DNA of 64,000 bases, from assembly GCA_051294375.1 (NCBI GenBank), contig CM119267.1, positions 26,461,324 to 26,525,323 of the forward strand, read 5' to 3'. Source of the DNA: Paraspadella gotoi. Its lineage: Eukaryota; Animalia; Chaetognatha. The position numbers and the translations under genes are program-made. Below, piece by piece: positions 61,157 to 64,000 of the stretch; positions within the stretch are counted from its first letter, which is position 1; each line of letters begins with the position of its first letter. The notes beneath the pieces were generated by a model. The model was not told the origin of the DNA. It made no database searches and saw only the letters and a program-made list of their open reading frames with translations.

Positions 61157-64000
61157 CATAGTTCGCACTATGCCCGTCGGCTCTTACTTTTCTTCTTTCG
61201 ATTGAGTTCAGGGCTACAAGCACGTCGCCCTCTCTCCTGCCTCCTACACTTTCTGTGCTTGATGGGCTGGTTGGTGGTTCTGCGACATACACCACCTCCC
61301 CTTTGGTTGGAAGAACGCGGCTTAGTTTATACAACCATCGGTGAAGTTCTTTCGGATTGGCTCAGAGCCGGGGGTCCACACTGAGCTCTGGATAGTGATC
61401 GCTTCTTGGGCCTTGCCCCTAAACTTTGACTCTTTCTTCCTTATTTTCACACATTCGCCTTTCTTTTGCCCCCCCCGGACACCAAACTCCGTCAAGCGGA
61501 GCGCGCCTCTTACTGTCTGCTCAACACGGCCTACCTTCTCGGATACTTAATCTCTCCTCCAAAAGCCAGATCTCTCCGTTCAACGCCCTGTCCATCTCGC
61601 TTTGGCATCGACAGTGCCTCTTCTGCCTTCTTCCTTCCCGACAAGCTCAAGCTTAAGTTCGGCTCTCTTCGCGAACGCTTGCTCTCATCGCGTCTTGCTA
61701 CCCTCCATGACATTCAGTCGTTCGTGGGAAATGTAACCACCTTCGTCTCGTTTTTCGCAGCTTCCTTTTGTTCACTCTTCAATGTCGTTCCCTCATTCCT
61801 TCACTTTCTGAGATCCCCTCTCCGCTCCCTCCGCTTGTCGTGGACGAGATCTCTTTCTGGTCGTTCGTTGATTCCTGTCCGATCCTATCCCTTTTCGCCG
61901 ACATCAGCATCTCGACCTTCGCCTCTTTACTGATGCTTCCGGCCATGCTTGGGGCGCTGAAGTCGCCTCGCGCCCATTGGTTCTTCGAGATTACTGGAAC
62001 GGACTCTTTTATTCACCAGTGACATCAAGCGTTAAGGAGCCACCGCTGTGTTTTACGCCCTTCAGGCCCATCATCCGCGTCAATCACCAACCGTCGCGTT
62101 GACGTCTCTGTCGACACAATCAGACCCTGTTAAACGTCTTGTCCCAGTCCCCCCTGCCGGACATCTTTATGGCCTTTACCTCCCTTGTGATGATTCCTCC
62201 CTTGAGTAGGGTGCATCTTTGTCACGCTGTCCTGTGCTTCCGCTTTTCCTCTCGTCGCCCCCGCCTGGCACGTCGCTTCTGCGCCCTTTTCATCTTGCCG
62301 ACAAAGCTTCCTTTCCTCCCTCGACAATCGGTGTCCTTGAACTTTCCTTGTCCTCAGGCTTTGCCTCCAATCGCCTCCCCCTTCTCCTTCGGACTCCTAG
62401 GCCGTGTCTTGCCGCTTTCCCCCATTTCCGTTCTTCCGTCTTTGCCGCCTCCCACCGGTGAGATTCATCCCGTTCTCCGACTGTGTTTCATCCTCTTCTC
62501 TCTCTCAGCTGGCCTCTACCCTTTTTCAGTTTCTCCTCTCTTCTGCGTCTCGCGACGGCAACTCTGCGGGATGTCGTTCTCAAGGCTTTGAAGTCTCGGC
62601 GCGACTTCTCCTTCGACGTCTCGTTCTAGCATGTGGTGTCAATGACGCCTCTCGCCTTGACGTCTCGATTTCGTTCTTGCTGTCTTCCTTCCTCCCTTGG
62701 CTGTTACCAATGTCTCAGGCCCTGGCCCTCTCTTCCGATCGTCACGTCAGTCCTCCTTTCCGGGATCTGGTCAGTCTCGATCCTCTTTCTATCAAATCGC
62801 AGGATCTCGCTTGGGAATGAACTCGCTGCGGTCCCTCTGGTGCTCGCGGGCCCAATTTGGACTTTTTATTTCGAAATGAAACACATTAGATTGCCGACCT
62901 TAAGGATGATGATGTACATCTCGATGCGTCTGGGCTTACCAAGCTCTCCTCGCCATTTACTTTCTTCTTTCGCTCCACCTTTGTGTTTCACCCTCAGGAT
63001 TAATGTCTTTCTTTTTGTTTCAGGATAATTATCTCGCGCGTAAATCGGAAACTTTCTCACTTCCTACGAGAAGGCGAAGCTCGTGTCCAATTTTGAAGCG
63101 TTTCTGTTGATGTCTCCCCGACTCGTTCTCCGCGTCTCTCGCTACCCGCACCCCGCCCGACGACGTCTGCCGTTTTCTGATCACCGGGATTCTCGGGGTC
63201 GCACCCCGTCCACGTCTCGGCTGTCTCTTTCTTGGTCTCCATGGCTCTCATCCCTGCCCTTGTCCCTTTCATCTTGCCGCGGCACCTCGACTCCATCATC
63301 GCAAGCTCAGGGCGGCCTTAACTCCATCGGCCGCGTCGACTCCTTCCTCCTCCGCCAACCCCGGTTCCAACGTCCCTGCTGCTTCTCCCTCTGCTCAGGC
63401 TCCGCCCATTTTCTCCACCCACCTCTTCGCCTTCTCGCTCTGAGATTTCCCGCCGTATCGACTCTCTCCCTCCTCCCGCCCCTTCCTTCCCGACCGCTCG
63501 TTCTCTTCGCGACTCGCCTTCTTTACCTCCCAATGGTTCGCCGGCGATCGGCCGGCGACCTCGCCGCGCCATTGGTCGAGAGGTCACCCGACTCCATTGT
63601 GGCTCCCTGCTCTTTAACCATACTCTTGGCAAGACGATTCGCCAGAATGACGGCGACCTCCTCGTTGTTCCCGCCGTCCCTGATGAGCCTCTTCTTTGCC
63701 CGGTTCTGGCCTCTCGATGCAGTTACGTCGCGCTCTGTGCTTCCAACGGCCTCGAGTTGTCAACTCTTTCCTATTCCGCCACCCAAAGTCCCCAGGCACG
63801 ACGCCTCCTTGACACCACCGTTTTCCTCCAATAACGCGATCTGACGTCTTCGCGTTTACCTCCCGACGACGCTCACCGCTTCCCGGGTCTCACGCGCATG
63901 GCTCCCGTGCTGGGTGCGCCATTACGCTCCTCATGCTTGGCGCCTCGAAAGAGGTCATGGGTCACTGCCGTTGGGCCTCCGAGCGCATCTTCGAACATTA
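61157..64000 (+). mobile_element. Indel-rich YR retrotransposon copy (RT to YR) with internal deletions; runs off the window
   Basis: Colinear with the reverse complement of ~54020-50820; deletions near 62120 and 63385. Confidence 0.9.

Overview
AT-rich, repeat-dense eukaryotic (invertebrate, possibly nematode) draft sequence with N gaps and several indel-rich stretches. Two spliced host genes lie on the minus strand about 270 bp apart in an operon-like arrangement: the 3' part of KANSL3 (exons 37338 to 21826) and the 5' part of a cyclin A gene (21556 to 421, continuing off the window). The introns and the region upstream of the first visible KANSL3 exon are filled with DINE-1/HINE-like Helentron derivatives, TA-flanked MITEs, tRNA-derived SINEs, Penelope-like elements with minimal hammerhead ribozymes, and an RTE-like LINE with an HDV-like ribozyme. 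The most unusual system is a tyrosine-recombinase (DIRS-like) retrotransposon present in 4 partial copies, best at 50.7-56.8 kb (minus strand). Its gag contains a clean spliceosomal intron and its pol reads RT-RNaseH-adenine methyltransferase-SGNH hydrolase. The RT is broken just after the catalytic DD at a CTT-TGA-C site shared by two copies, and the Met-less YR ORF begins at a splice acceptor. Its 3' region is highly structured and has an ICR-like motif but no long terminal repeats. All family calls are from motif recognition by eye; no searches were run.
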